Below are positions 49,001 to 62,541 of a DNA stretch of 64,000 nt, piece by piece. This DNA is from Fimbriosthenelais zetlandica (taxonomy: Eukaryota). Numbering within the stretch: position 1 is the first letter of the stretch; each line of letters opens with the position of its first letter. The stretch is from NCBI GenBank assembly GCA_977030845.1, contig OZ365112.1, positions 19,778,001 through 19,842,000 on the forward strand, written 5' to 3'. The translations under genes and the position numbers were made by a program. Under the pieces are notes generated by a model. The model did not search any database. It was not told where the DNA came from and worked only from the letters and a program-made list of their open reading frames with translations.

Positions 49001-52000
49001 TTTTTACCCTTTCTAGCTATGAATATGTTTAGCTGAATCAGATATCTGAACGTACAACAAATCTCTGTGCGCCGGGTGATATGTTGCACAGGGATGTGAC
49101 TGCGCATGTGTGAGTAGTATATAAATGAGAGCGCATGCCCTGGATGGCCTGGAGGCACGTGGGAGTGTGTGGCTCATGGTTTGACGTTAACCTATATAGT
49201 TATATTTCCATGTCACTCAGCCCCCCCCCCCCCGCCCACACACACACCCCCACCACATCTATATGCGAAGATGTATAGGTTGTTGGAGATTTGTTGAAAA
49301 GTGTTGCCGTAATCATTCATTACCCTTTATCGAGATGATACAAACATGCAACGTGGATACCTGTGCTTGCCATATAATAGGATTTTCAGATAAAAAAAAC
49401 ATATCCATAAATGGGTACACAGCAGTGTGAATTTTCTTTACTACCCTAACTATAACCATAAGAAACCCAACAGTGAAGACTGTATACTCCACCATAGCCT
49501 TTAGATGATATTACAAGTGCATTTTTTTGCCACAAAAGATACGTATATATCTGATGTGTACTATAAATATCGGGTGAGCATTGTTCTGCACTAATGCATT
49601 CAATATCCTGTGGTGGAGGATATTAATCTTAATCTACCTGGCTCTATTGCCAACTGCTTTTCTTAACGCTGGATCAAGCTGGTGCTGCCTTGATGCTGTC
49701 CGCCATACACTCAACCTCGGCATATGTCAGGACGAGCATGGCAACCAAAGAAGTACATGCTGTTAACCAACAGGATGGTCTTATATAGAAACCAACAGAT
49801 TCATGCAAAATTTCTAATTTAGGGTTGCACGTTTTGTGATTAGGTGTGCGAGTCCCCTCCTGAATCACGTATCTAGGTGTTTCTAGAGAAGTCAGAAGTA
49901 AGTTTTTTGTTAGGGTGCAGTGGGGGATCTATACAGGATTTTTGTTGGATGTTGGGTGGAGCAGAGGGTGTTTTATGGATCTGTGATTTGTGGTTTAGAA
50001 AGGCGGGGTGGTTGCAGCAATAATAGTAAAGAAGGGATGGGGTCTTGCAGGTATGACGGATGGATTGGACGGCTGGAAAACAGAGCGTGAATCGCAAATA
50101 AATCAAAAAAGAAGAGCAGGGGTGGGGTGTTGTAGGGACGCTCTGATTATTGTTTCACCACAGCAGTAAAAGCAGAAATAATCAGTGCAGTCTGAAAAAT
50201 GGCTTTCATCGCAATCCTTGATAATAATTGTGAACACGTCTTTCACGGTGAGATTTTAAATGAGAAGTCAAAGATTGATTGTCATACATGCATTATCATC
50301 TGGATTCACATTTGGATCCCATCATTAAGATGAACGAATGCAGTCTTGAATCGAACGCGGAAGTTATTTTACAGAACTGGTCAAAAACAAGAGGGAATTG
50401 GGGGAGTTGAGAGAAGTGAGATATTAGCTGCTTCATTTCTTAACATCCTGATTATTTTATGAGGGCTGACGACTGTGGGGAGCAGCCAGTTCAAAATACT
50501 CATGAGTATTTGATGCCCCAGCAGCAGGCCAGACGAGTCTTCGTCAGAATTAAACCAATGAGTTAAGTTCTACTTAACTCTTTTTTCTACTTAACATTCA
50601 TTCAGTGGGCTTAAATAAATCCATTTGATTGATTTAGATGTTAAAATGCAGTCAGTCGAACGGTGCCCAGTTGTAACGTTAAGAAAGGAAGTTCTTTATA
50701 CATAATGGAATGAGTCGGTCGTCGAATCTTTTGCAAAATAGATCAATTGAGTTTCACGAAGAAGTAGTAAATTGTGAGAAGTTGAAGGCCTGTGTCTCCT
50801 GTGTGTCGTTTCTACTAGGTTTAACCCTGAGCTAGTTTTGTGGATTAAGAACCTTTACGTCGCCCAAAAGAACTGGCTTATAGTACTATGTAATAGGGTG
50901 AAGCTCCTGGTGTGAACGCTGAAGTGCTCTCATGCCATTCCTTCACCCTGTTCCTGACCTCTGGCCTGAAGCTGGTCTCCCGAGTGATGGATTCTCCCGG
51001 GTGATCCTGAGTGATCAGCTTTGTCTGTAGGTTGTCTGTGTCTACCATTGTTGGTCGCGTCTGGGAGCATAGATAAGGTTCACAATGCCTCAGAGCCACT
51101 CCTAGCCCATCCCCTCCGTAGTACAGGGTTGGGTTGTACCTTGTTGGTTACTATACATGGATTATGAACATTATGCCTTTAGATTGTGTTGATGCAGTTT
51201 CAATTACTATGCTTAATCAGGCTTTAATTTTAAATCTGATGTTTGAGTGCAACTGTATTTTATGCTCAATTTCTATAGCTGTATACCATGATTGTTAACA
51301 CCATAATATTATAGTGAAATGAGAATCTGTACGTGTTTATCTATTAATTTTCTCATAATAATTATTGTACAGTTCAGAAACTAGGACAGCAGGCAAACCA
51401 TTATTTATTTGAATTGAATGGATTTGAGGCAAAACATACTCAGTCTCAATGTCGATAAAAACGTAGCAGTCTACCTTCTCGGCTTGAGAATCCAAACAAC
51501 AAACTTACTGTTTGGACATATCTCTCTAGCTCCTGTGTTGTTTATGTCTGTCCCAAGTGGCTGCTGGTGTATTTTCAACCATTGGGTCCTCATATTTTCA
51601 ACATAACATCTACTACTGTCTTCACAGGCTAATGGCTTATTTGTAAAGTCCAATATTTTCATATGTTACAAATATCATTGAATAGCAAATATCTAATGGC
51701 TTTTATTTACTCTTTCTTTCAGTATTATGTGCAAAGAATCTGTCCAAGAAAGACTTCTTCCGTAAGTACACGACATGCCTCCTTTTCATATACATCCATT
51801 ATACATGGCGATATTTCCGCCTACTGATACTTGATGTTAGATTCTTATATAACATCTTTGGCTATTCTACCATAATAGTTAAAATAGCGTTGGTAGTAAA
51901 CCTATTTCCATTGCACTTCCAGGTTTACCAGATCCGTTCGCCAAGATTAGCGTGGATGGATCTGGGCAATGCCATTCTACAGACACTGTTAAGAACACGC

Positions 52001-53655
52001 TAGATCCCAAATGGAACCAGCACTACGATTTGTAAGTTGAAATTTTCATTATTTTATCTTCTTGGCCAAAATCTTTATTAAAATAAATTGAGAATGGAAA
52101 ATGAATAGTCTTCATTACCTAACCCGAGGGACGTGAATGGGAGTCAGTCTTCCTCGGAGAAAGCATAGTAAAAACACATTTCCAATTACTGATGTCAGAA
52201 AGACCTGGGGGCTATTGTTGCTGGAACATTAGTCTCGGTTGGATGCATTTTATTGGACCAGATTGGTCCAACTTGAGAAGAGATGATCGATATTAGCAAG
52301 TTAGTTCAACCAGAAGAGGAAGTCAGGAGTACGCCTCACCAGTGTCCTATACTCTTGTCTCACCAGCCCCCTGACACATCCCTATCTTCTTCTATCTTTC
52401 TTCGTCCATCCTTTCTGTCTTCCATACAATACAAGCTGGTTCAGCGATGAGAGGACTGATGGCTTTTCCACGCATGCGTTGGTTCTGACTTGTTTGAGTC
52501 GTCGCTGTGCATGCCATTTTCAGAGGCCTCTTTCTTGTGGTCCCCTCATCCGAACAAAACCAAACTTGTTGGACATGTTCTCAGACTCAGTGCCCATTAC
52601 CAAATTTGGACAGAATCCGTCAAACAAGAACCGTATCAATTTCAAAAACTGTGATTTGGCTAACCTGAACAAAAACTAAATTGCTAGACCAGTGGCTGAC
52701 TTCAGGGAACATAACTTTGGAGAGGAAGCATCAAAAAGAATCACGCTTCAAGTTGGACACTCCTGTGGCCCATCGAGTTAATTCTGAAATATTTGAGGCT
52801 TTGCTTGGTATTATCAAGCCTGCTTGTCATTGGCCATCAAACATGAAACTGAAGGCTTTATTTCTCTTATGCCTTCTCAGTCCTGCAGCCATTTGTCTCT
52901 TACAGTTGTCCACCTTGTAGATTCCATCTTGTAATTGCACTCCAGCATCCCTGATCCCGCTGTTCCCTTTATAAGGGATTGAAGATGTGCAAGGGAGACT
53001 GAAAGGGATCACTTCTGTAAGGCCTGTTCCTGAACATGGACTTCAGATCTTCATATTTTCCCCTAGAGAAGATACAGGAAAAGAAGTACTGGGCTCGCCC
53101 AAAAGCTCCTTAATTTGTGTGGCCATCCTTTCAACTCTTCTTATGGGTACAAGTGCTTGCCTGGAAGGATTCCTTTGGTCTTTCCTCTCTGTGACTAACC
53201 TCATAAGTCCGGAGGAGAAAGGAAAGAGGTGGAGGATTAAGTGGGCAAATTAATTTCCATCTCGGGGCTGAAGTCTTCCTGCCTTGTGCACTGACCCGCG
53301 TAAATTGCAGAGATGAGCTTTTTATTGGCTTTTCCCTCGGAAATAGCCTGTCCCAAATAATGTTATAATTTCTGGTCTATTTACTGGGTACTGTTGCAAA
53401 TTCGTTCCTCCAGTGAACACATTTTTGAGCTTAAGATGATGTGAGATCCAGAATTTTGAAGAGAAACTCTTCAAAGGTGAATAAATTATTGATTGGTTGT
53501 GTAACTATGTATGTCAAGAAGTGTTTTTCTCTAGCAATTGCTTGTGTTTAACCGTTGCAAAGGTCAGACACATCCTCTTTCCTAAAAGGGACAGCCAGAC
53601 ACCAAAACCGTCATCTGGCCTTATGTTATGCATCATCAAAGTTAAATGTCATTTT

Positions 53656-53696
<41 letters not shown>

Positions 53697-56600
53697 ATTA
53701 TTGTTGCCATCGTTATTTCAGACTCTGAGTTCTCCATGCCACTTTAAATAACTTAATTTCTCTCTCCTCTCTCTCTCTCTCACACTGGGCACACACTCTC
53801 ATTGCCCCTTTTCTCATCCCCTTTTATAATCTCCATTCTGTTAAATTCCATATATAGATCTGTTAAATTTATACATATATCTACAGAAAAATAACAGATT
53901 CTCTTAAAAAACAGTGCTACATAAGTTGTTCCACTTGGCTATGCATAACATAGTTGAGTGGGATCTGGCCATTATGATGTAGATGATTGAGACAACGACG
54001 TGGAATAATATAGTATGGTGTGTCTGGTACTGTCTGGATGGCACTGGAAGCCCGACAATGAGACTCCCATGGTAGTTTTATACACTGATTTTTGTAAAAC
54101 AGACTTGAAGAACATCAGAGATCTATCGCAAATGTTCTATACTCTATTGTACAACTATTTGTAAAGCGCTTCATGTATCGATTGGTTCTCATATAGCAAA
54201 TTCAATGTGAAATCTCTTTCTACTGAGTCAGCACAATTTTCACTTGACCAGACTCCTCCAGTGACCATACAGTTATGTTATTTATTCCAGGCTCAGTATT
54301 TTATTTTTTTTAAATCCTACACTATGAATTGATCTGTATTTACTCAACTGGGAGAGAAGGTCAGCCATGTCTGCAGCTTTCACAAGAGAACATACTTCCT
54401 CATTCTGATAACATTGTCTGAGACAGATAAGGCTTATGACTGTCATTAGCATATAGATACACTAGTCCTTCAACAAGAACAGAACAAACCAACCGCAATT
54501 ACCTCAGGATATATATGTGGTCTCCCACATTATTTTAAAATGTGTAAGTCCTCCCTGATAGCTACAATGAATCCCTTAATATACGTGTGATAAATGATTG
54601 TACAGTCTTCAAATCTACTGGAAATCGCTGAAGAAGAAAGTTATAACTGGAAATCAATTGATATGACAATTATTGATTCACATTTTGATGCTGACTGCAC
54701 TTACATGTAGATCTACTTGCTCACCTTTTTAACTTGGAAATACTATTCTCACATTCACTTCCTTCCATATTTTTGGCAAACTCCATTTTCTGTATTTGAT
54801 TCCTTTGTGCTTTAGGACAATTGCTTTTCAAGATTGGATTCCTGTGTTATTTCCCTCAGAGATCTGAAGATGAGAAAACGACTACAGAGAATGTATGAGA
54901 ATATGAATTTCTGACAAGGAGACTCTTTCGAGAAGAAATTTTCCTCACTGACACAACTTTTCTCCATCTCTCGAAGGATATAAATTCTGTTATAAAACCA
55001 TCTCATTCAATACTTTAATGTGGGCGAGTTGCATCAAAAAACGCTACTCTCAATCATTGTCAATATCTTATAAGGGCCAGTGGTTGGTACATACATAAAA
55101 CCCATGATTGATTCTGGAACACTTCTTGTTCCTGAATTCATATTCGAATGAAATAAACTTATTAAATCCTTAATGCAAATGGTGTGGAGACCATCGAAAG
55201 ACATTTGTGTTGTGCCTCCACCATCGATATAGACACCCATGGTTGACCCTTTCCCTTATTGTCAACAAGTAATTCATTTCATGTAGATGGTATTGAACGT
55301 GGTTTATGCCGTCTGGATACTGATAATAGAAAGATAGATGACATAGATAGATGATACAATAGATACTACCAACGCCTTATCCCTGACTCTGCCCTTACAT
55401 CCCATCCTATTATTACGGCCATGTAGTGTAAGGGAGCCGAGCTCATGGAGTGTGAATATGGAAGCAGAGACTACTGCAGTGCAGCACAATATCATGTGAT
55501 GGTTTATATCCCCTGGGAGCTTTTGTTAATTTCAAGGCCACGTAGACTGTTTGGATGCTGTTGGCGATGGTCTTTTGTTGAATACATTCATGTAGCATAT
55601 GATTTTCTCACATAGTAAAAAAAGTTATAGATTGATTCATATGAAGTATGAAATGGTATTCAGTAGAAAATGAGACTGTCTCCCCAGTCCATTAACCCAA
55701 TCTCAAGCCTTCGAGATTGTATGTGTCATACAATGAATGGTCCACCCATCTTGATGTCCATAATGGTTCGGGCATATCGCTTTCTCCACCTTTTCGGAGG
55801 AGTAAGTGATGGTACTATTGGTAGTATTGCCTTCATCACTGATGATCGTCTGTGTGGGCATCACTTCTAATATTTATGATTGTTGCTGACAGACTCTACT
55901 TCTGTTGGCTCACAGGTTTTATTAGATGTGCTGGACTACTGACAATAGCCTCCTCGAACTTGTTCCTCACAGTTGTCTCATAAAAGCAGCCTGATTGTAG
56001 CAATATCATCTCCAGTATTTCCTGGATTACGTGGGTTGTGAAATATAGTACAGTTGTCCTTCTTTGTCCCCACACATCATTTAGAGGCTATTAAAGAACA
56101 GTAATAATGTCAAAACAAACCCCCTGGATATTTATACTCCTACTGTGCCTTGTTCATAGTTACGATGATTATTCTTTGCTGTGGGCTAAGAATTCTGCGT
56201 AGGAATTTCAATGAGGGACTCTTTTCTGCAATGAATTACTTGATGGTCAGTAGCTTAAGCCATGGGCAACACGGGAATACCAGGGCGTCTTGCCATGCAT
56301 TTTCTACAAGTTTGCAAGTAATGAGAGTTGAAGATGCATGAGCTTTGGAGAGGTTGATGACCTCGTCTTCCAGTTTGTCCACCGTCCCGCATGTTTGTCT
56401 GGGTTCTGGTGAACATATTTTGTGGCTGGCAATATAGTAACTCCAGTATCCTCTATCTCATCTCGCCCTGACCTTTCGAGTGTGTTTAATGATGATGGGG
56501 GTATTAGCTTTACGACTGACTCACAGTTTCTGTTAGAGACCAGGAAATGATGTTGACTGTGGTAGAGTTTTCCTCCTGGGGAAACAGTGGCAATAAAGAT

Positions 56601-59600
56601 TATCCTCACTTGAAAGCACTAAAAAGCAGCAACTGGTCTGAGCTCAAAATTCTCTCTGATTTTGAAACTGAGCCTGAAAGCCATCAGTCGGTCTAGTCTA
56701 TCTATGAGCTGGCACGTGAGCCAAGCCCAACCATCAAAGATCTAATACTTGAAGGATTGGATAGAAATCGGAGCAATGTTCACTGAATGCAGAGACTTCC
56801 TTTTGAGTTCAGCGAAATCAAACATGCAGAGCTGAATGGCACTCAGTCATGGCGTAGCATGTCCTCCCTTCCAAACCCATCACTGTAGAATATGGCAGGA
56901 CACAAAACAAAACAATTTCTCTATTTTGAAGCTTTTGTAGGGAAAAAAGCTTCAACAATGTTGAACTTGATGTAGGTGACATGTTAGGAATGGATGACAT
57001 GGTAGCTGAGCCAATTTATCGTATATTTTGATCGCACTCTGAAAATATAATGCATTATGTATTCACTTTCATATGTGGCATGCAACAAACAAATCTCTGT
57101 CACCACTGGCGCTCTTATTTTGGGCTTTCATAAAAGTAACAATGTCACTGAAACCTTTTTATGCCTATGGCAATCGTTGGATTGTCTCTAGACATCTATA
57201 CAGTCATGTCTGCTACCATTAATGGTTCGTCAGCGGCAAGTTGTTTTTATCCAATTCATTCAAATATTCATGTGCTTCTGACAAGGATGTGTGCTAATCA
57301 ATCTTGGTTATTCACATTTCAGGCCAATCGAAGCACTTGGACAAAATAAAAGAGCAGCATCTATCTTGTTATGCTGAATTTATACTGATTTGATTGCCTA
57401 TCAATCACATGTATTGATCTTGGTTGAGTTCTCTTCTTCGTCCATTCCTGCCAGGGCTCTGCTGAAATCAGACAATTCTTTTTTCTACACATTCACTCTT
57501 TGCTTCTGAAATTGTAGTATAGTCTCCACAGCCACGTCCGAAATGTTGGTCGGGTGACTAAAGCAATTGTATTCGTCAGTAATCGCTAATATGTAAACGT
57601 TACACGCGACAACAGTCAACATTATCAGTCGCTCCATGTATTTACATGTACCCAAGTAATAGACACGACAGATACCAGTCGCCCATAACATGAATTGCTT
57701 TGCCTTTTGGGTCTCCCCATTCTCCTTCTATACCTTCCTGTTTCAGATGAAGCGCCTTCAACAGGGTAATAATTCAAGTAGGCTAGAGTGCAATTAATGC
57801 GGCCCATTGGCCATATTGGTACTCAAAATTTTAATTAAACCATCAATTATTGCCTTCTAATTAAAGATTTTGTTCAGATATTCACCGAGTCCCACAGCTT
57901 GGCATCAGTACTACGTATACTTTTAATATACCAGACTTTTAAATCAAATATCCTATTGCTATTTCCACAATGTCTTTTAAGCAATCAGGGCAATAATAAA
58001 ATAAATGCAGCTGCACGTGTGTCAAGGCATGTTACCTAATATCTAGGGTTTATCTAATCTACCATAAGGGCGTAGCCTATCCATTCCTATCAATTTAATT
58101 TTATTGTAATACAGGTGTTGTTATGTTCAGATGTCTTACTGCAATACTGCTGTATTAGTTTGAAGTGCAACTGTACTCTATTGCTTTGAAGTTATGGTAC
58201 CAAGAAAAGACAATGAAGAAGCTGTACATATAGAAAACCGGCTCCATCCTTTCAGACATTCATCAGATGTAATTATTGCCTCTGAGCATCGTTGAGTCTC
58301 CCAAGTTGACCTATTGTTATAAACACCGCGTGTTACTATAGAAAAACCTGATATTTAGCATTGCCAATAAATGATCTCTTACTCGTCCAATTAAGCCTTA
58401 TTGGGATGCTTTTTTAAGCCTAATCCAAGCTGACCTTAGCTATTGTTTTTTATTACTCCTTCAGGTTCTGTTAATGTTTTAGAATCAGGCCTCTGGTGAT
58501 GTGTGGTGATATCGGTGGTTGTGTTATGGCTTAAAGTCAGGTCATTGAATGACATTTCTTGCAGATTGTTGTTTGCTGTGGGTCTATACCAATCCTATTA
58601 AAAACATGAATGTCAATTAATCCAAGTTCACTGGCAAGATATGGATACAGGACATTGTGTTGGTGTGTCTGTAAGGGTATTGGTTGTTAAGTATTGGGTT
58701 TACATGTCATAGACTTATTTATAGTCAGAAGTCGCCAGAATCTAATAGTAAAACCAATCTATCCATCTGAACTAAAAGCAACAGAGCCTGAGTCGACAGT
58801 CTTATATTTGAGCACTGTAAGTAAAGCATTGTAAGTAAGGTAATCCTGGCTGGGACCACCAGCATCTGGCCTGGAGGCCCAGGACTAGCCAGGAGGGGCC
58901 ATCCATGTGGAAATAATGGACATATGGCTGAAGCCAAGCACTGCCACATTGACCGTGTTATCACTGACAGCTGTGTGCTAAAGAAGAGAAGGCTCTCTAT
59001 CTACTGCCAAGTAAACCTTCCCCATATTGTCTCCATTATTACCCCACTAGGAGCAATGATCTCTGCATTGATAGTTAGCGTACAAGTCCTTCTGTACTTC
59101 TATTTGCTTATGGTTGTATGATCTGTCTGTGCCATTTGCATTGCAATTATGTTCACTATATTCCTGTCCAGTCTATCCTTGACGATTGAGCACGGTGTCA
59201 TCATTATTGTCACAGAACTATCTTTATATGAGTATTATCTGAATCTGCGTGTCCTACATGTTAGAAGAAGCCCTCTAAAACCTCCCCAATGGCATCAGCC
59301 ACTCAGCCATTAGTTTAATGGAATAGAGACCTTACAGATCTCAATATCACTATGGTGCACTAAACATGCTTAGTAAGAGTGGATTAATGACGAAATCGAT
59401 GGGATCAACTCTCAGGATCACTGTCCATATAATTATACATGAGCTTTATATGATATTAGGGAAATGTTAGTCGGTTTAGCTCTAGACCTACTTAATTTTG
59501 TCTCCCATATTCATACAGTATCTTTCTTCAGCTTTCCATACATGTAAATTATAAGTTTCTACTAGAAAGATTGCGCAAATTATTATACATCACTTTTCAC

Positions 59601-60127
59601 ATTTTGAGGAAGAACAGATTCTAAACTACTGTGTGGTAATTCCATCAATTCTAATAGTGATGGCGTGACTCTACATCTGCCTTCATGCCATGAGTTCTCT
59701 CGGCAAGTGTGAGAATTGTGAAGTTGTCGCTGAAATTTGTATGGGGACAATCTGTCATCATTTCGGGGTTGATGGATTTTTTGCGTGGAAAGGGACATAA
59801 CTAACTGTAGATGGAAGGTTCTTTGTATGCTAGTCAGTGACAGAAGTGAGATTTCTGTCCCCATGGAATGCCCTGAAGGGCTTTGGAATGCCATTTGAAT
59901 ACATCAACCTTTTTCTTTAAGCCTTATTGACCTTCAGTGTGATATTTTTGATTGCCTGTGGAACCAATACCCAACAATCTATTCTCTTTTCAGGTACATT
60001 GGCCACAAAGATTCCATTACCATCAGTCTATGGAACCATAAGAAGATCCATAAGAAGCAAGGTGCTGGGTTCCTGGGATGCGTACGAATAATGTCAAACG
60101 CCATCCAGCGACTCAAGGACACCGGCT
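36964..60127 (+). CDS. SMURF: SMURF1/2-like HECT E3 ubiquitin ligase, 5' partial (C2 domain), join(36964..37015, 51723..51761, 51923..52031, 59994..60127); continues beyond the window
   Basis: Spliced product MASQNSRRIGPMKIRLTVLCAKNLSKKDFFRLPDPFAKISVDGSGQCHSTDTVKNTLDPKWNQHYDLYIGHKDSITISLWNHKKIHKKQGAGFLGCVRIMSNAIQRLKDTG is nearly identical to the vertebrate SMURF1/2 N-terminus. All junctions are GT-AG with consistent phases (1,1,2,1). Confidence 0.97.
40372..40514. repeat. Two 57-bp direct repeats (3 mismatches) separated by a G14-containing spacer
   Basis: 40372-40428 and 40458-40514: GGGGTCTTCAYGATGKACCTATRAAATGAAGACCAGGCCATGCCTGTTGCTGGTCCT. Confidence 0.85.
51723..51761 (+). CDS. SMURF: SMURF coding exon 2
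   Basis: Acceptor tctttctttcag|TA; VLCAKNLSKKDFF; donor C|GTAAGT; 39 nt. Confidence 0.95.
51923..52031 (+). CDS. SMURF: SMURF coding exon 3
   Basis: RLPDPFAKISVDGSGQCHSTDTVKNTLDPKWNQHYD; donor TT|GTAAGT; 109 nt. Confidence 0.97.
53661..53690. repeat. (CT)15 microsatellite
   Basis: Read directly; a shorter CT run follows near 53757-53781. Confidence 0.95.
59994..60127 (+). CDS. SMURF: SMURF coding exon 4
   Basis: Acceptor tctcttttcag|G; YIGHKDSITISLWNHKKIHKKQGAGFLGCVRIMSNAIQRLKDTG; donor T|GTAAGT; 134 nt. Confidence 0.97.
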
Positions 60128-62474
60128 GTAAGTACCACCTCAATTGTGACTCTGACACTTCACTTACTTTATGTTTTGGACTGGTTTTACTTGAACATGT
60201 ACACTTAATAAAGTCGAAGGTTGAGTGGTGGTACAGTCACCAGTCAGATCCTTCTCAAACAAGACTGTCTGTGGCACTTGCCACTTCTAATTTGAAACTG
60301 CATTGCTCGTTTCGCAAATTGACCAATACCAATTACCCCTTTCAGTCTAGACTTGAAATCCGAAGTTTGGGAACACTATTGATTATGATGTTGATATTCT
60401 TCCTTTGAAGAAAGCACCCCAAAGTACTAAAACCCGGTCTCCGATGTTTGTAGGGAATGTATAAGAATCAATATGTATAAGCCAGCGATGGGACCCTGGT
60501 GGCAGTCCCCAGTCTGTGATGTACATTCAGGTCAAGGAGATGTCGGGAAATCCACTTTCTTATGCTTTTACTTGGAGTCGTAAGAAATGGAGTCTCGTGT
60601 AAGGTTGGTGTGGCCTGCAGAGGCTAAAACGACCAGTAGTATGGCTGCTCTTGCAAGAAGCATTCATCTGTTGTATAGCAGTTGGTTTTACATTCTTCAA
60701 GCCAATTTGTGTTCCATGTATTTTGTCGAATCATACACAGAAGGGTTTTTGGTACATATAAGAATTAATTTCACTTTCTTTTGTCAGTCATAATTCAAAT
60801 ATCAATAATGGGATTTTTAGTGACCTACTTACACACTGAATGAAGGGGGAAGGGAAGGATCAAATAATTGGAGAATCGGTGGTAATCTGCGAGAAATAAG
60901 CCTCCGAAACAAATTATGATGTAAGCGAGGCGCCAGGACTCAGTTGAGGCGATGATAAGACATGTGATTTAGCAGTTTGTATTGGTTGGTTGGCCACAAA
61001 GCTGGGTCTAGGATTTCAGCTTTCGGTCAGCCATCCCAGTAGGCGCCAGACTTGGCTCTGCTTCTCCACCCTCCTCCTGTGCAGACTAGTGACATGGAAA
61101 CCAAGCTAGGACCTACCATGCACTTATCATAACCCCTCTGGGGCTATTGGCTCAAGTCAGCATACCCAATAACCCATTCCTCTGGTCAGCCTTTCCTGTT
61201 TAAACTCTGCCTAGTTATCGTTTTGCTTATATCGTTTCGTCAGCAATACCTTCTTCGAGTGAGCATAAAGTAATTTTGATCAACTATGGGGTCATTGACG
61301 GTTGAATCTCGATGCTCAGCGTGGGTATAAACGAACTCCTGGAAGCTCTGAAATGCTGTTGGGCTGTTCAAGCAGCCGCATGTGCATCATTGCCCTCCTG
61401 CTTCCTGCTGGGTGAATAATCTCCTAATTAGACTGTAGAAATAACTGATTATTATAAAATTTTGATTATGATTACTTGGCTCTCTTGAAACCCCCTATGA
61501 GCCAACTATATTATATTCCACGATTTTTTTTTATTATCAGAGGAGCTTCAGTGCTGCTGTATTGTCAGTGATATCCTTAGATGTTTGGAGGAACAGAGGT
61601 CGCCAAGGGCATAAGATAAAGGCCATGTTTATTCAGACCCTGGACCAACTCATTGGAGTCCAAGAATACTGGACGAATTGTAACGTGGGGAGAAAATAAA
61701 ATAAGACGGACATCAAGGGAGAGATTTAAAATGTTTTATCATCCTTTAAGATGTTTTTCCTTGGTCTGCATTTTTTAACTGTTGACCAGCTGTCTTGTCT
61801 GAAGTAGAGATTTAAATCGCTTCCTCTTTGCTTATCAATGTGCAACAGAGCAGCTCTCAATACATCTCAGGGAAGCTTACCAGGCCTTGGTATGGAGGAA
61901 GCTATTGTAGGTCATCTCCGGCTATCTACGTTTAATGATAAGGCCAATGCATCATTCCTTGAGACATCTTGGATCGGTTTCGGGCCTCTCCCTCTCTCTA
62001 TCTTGGTATTGCTTCAAAGAGAGCTATAGGATTGCGAAATTATTAGTTATTAATTCTGTAGAATTATACTTCTAAAACATTTGAGATCTACTATACAATA
62101 TATTAGCGACTCGACAATTTTACATTAGGTCAGGTTGCCATTCTGCCAACAGACACACTTCCTTTTGTATACCTATACTTTGGGAGAAGATTCCTTTTCT
62201 TGTGGCTTCTCCGAATAGTGAAAAATGTTAAATGAGAAAACGGGAATGCTGTGAGATGAAATATAACACCCAGCCCTTTCGCTGCCAGACTTTGTCTGAG
62301 GGAGAGGCAGTGAGCGGAAGTTAAGTATTCCCATCCATTGTTTTCCCCTCTATCTTCCTTCTCGTCCTCCCATCATCAGAGAATCTAACGATAGTTTGGA
62401 CAACACATGTTGAGAGTTCATGAGAGACTGTTGAAAGGCACCTTCAAACAACGTGCCCGATATTAGCAATCCTC

Positions 62475-62477
<3 letters not shown>

Positions 62478-62541
<64 letters not shown>
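62478..62541. repeat. (AT)n microsatellite, about 30 units with one interruption
   Basis: Read directly; causes the IYIYIY ORF artefact. Confidence 0.95.

Noticed and set aside
58996-59022. Kinase subdomain I-like GKVYLAVDR on the minus strand
   Set aside because: No GxGxxG loop, an in-frame stop six codons later, and no VAIK, HRD or DFG motif.
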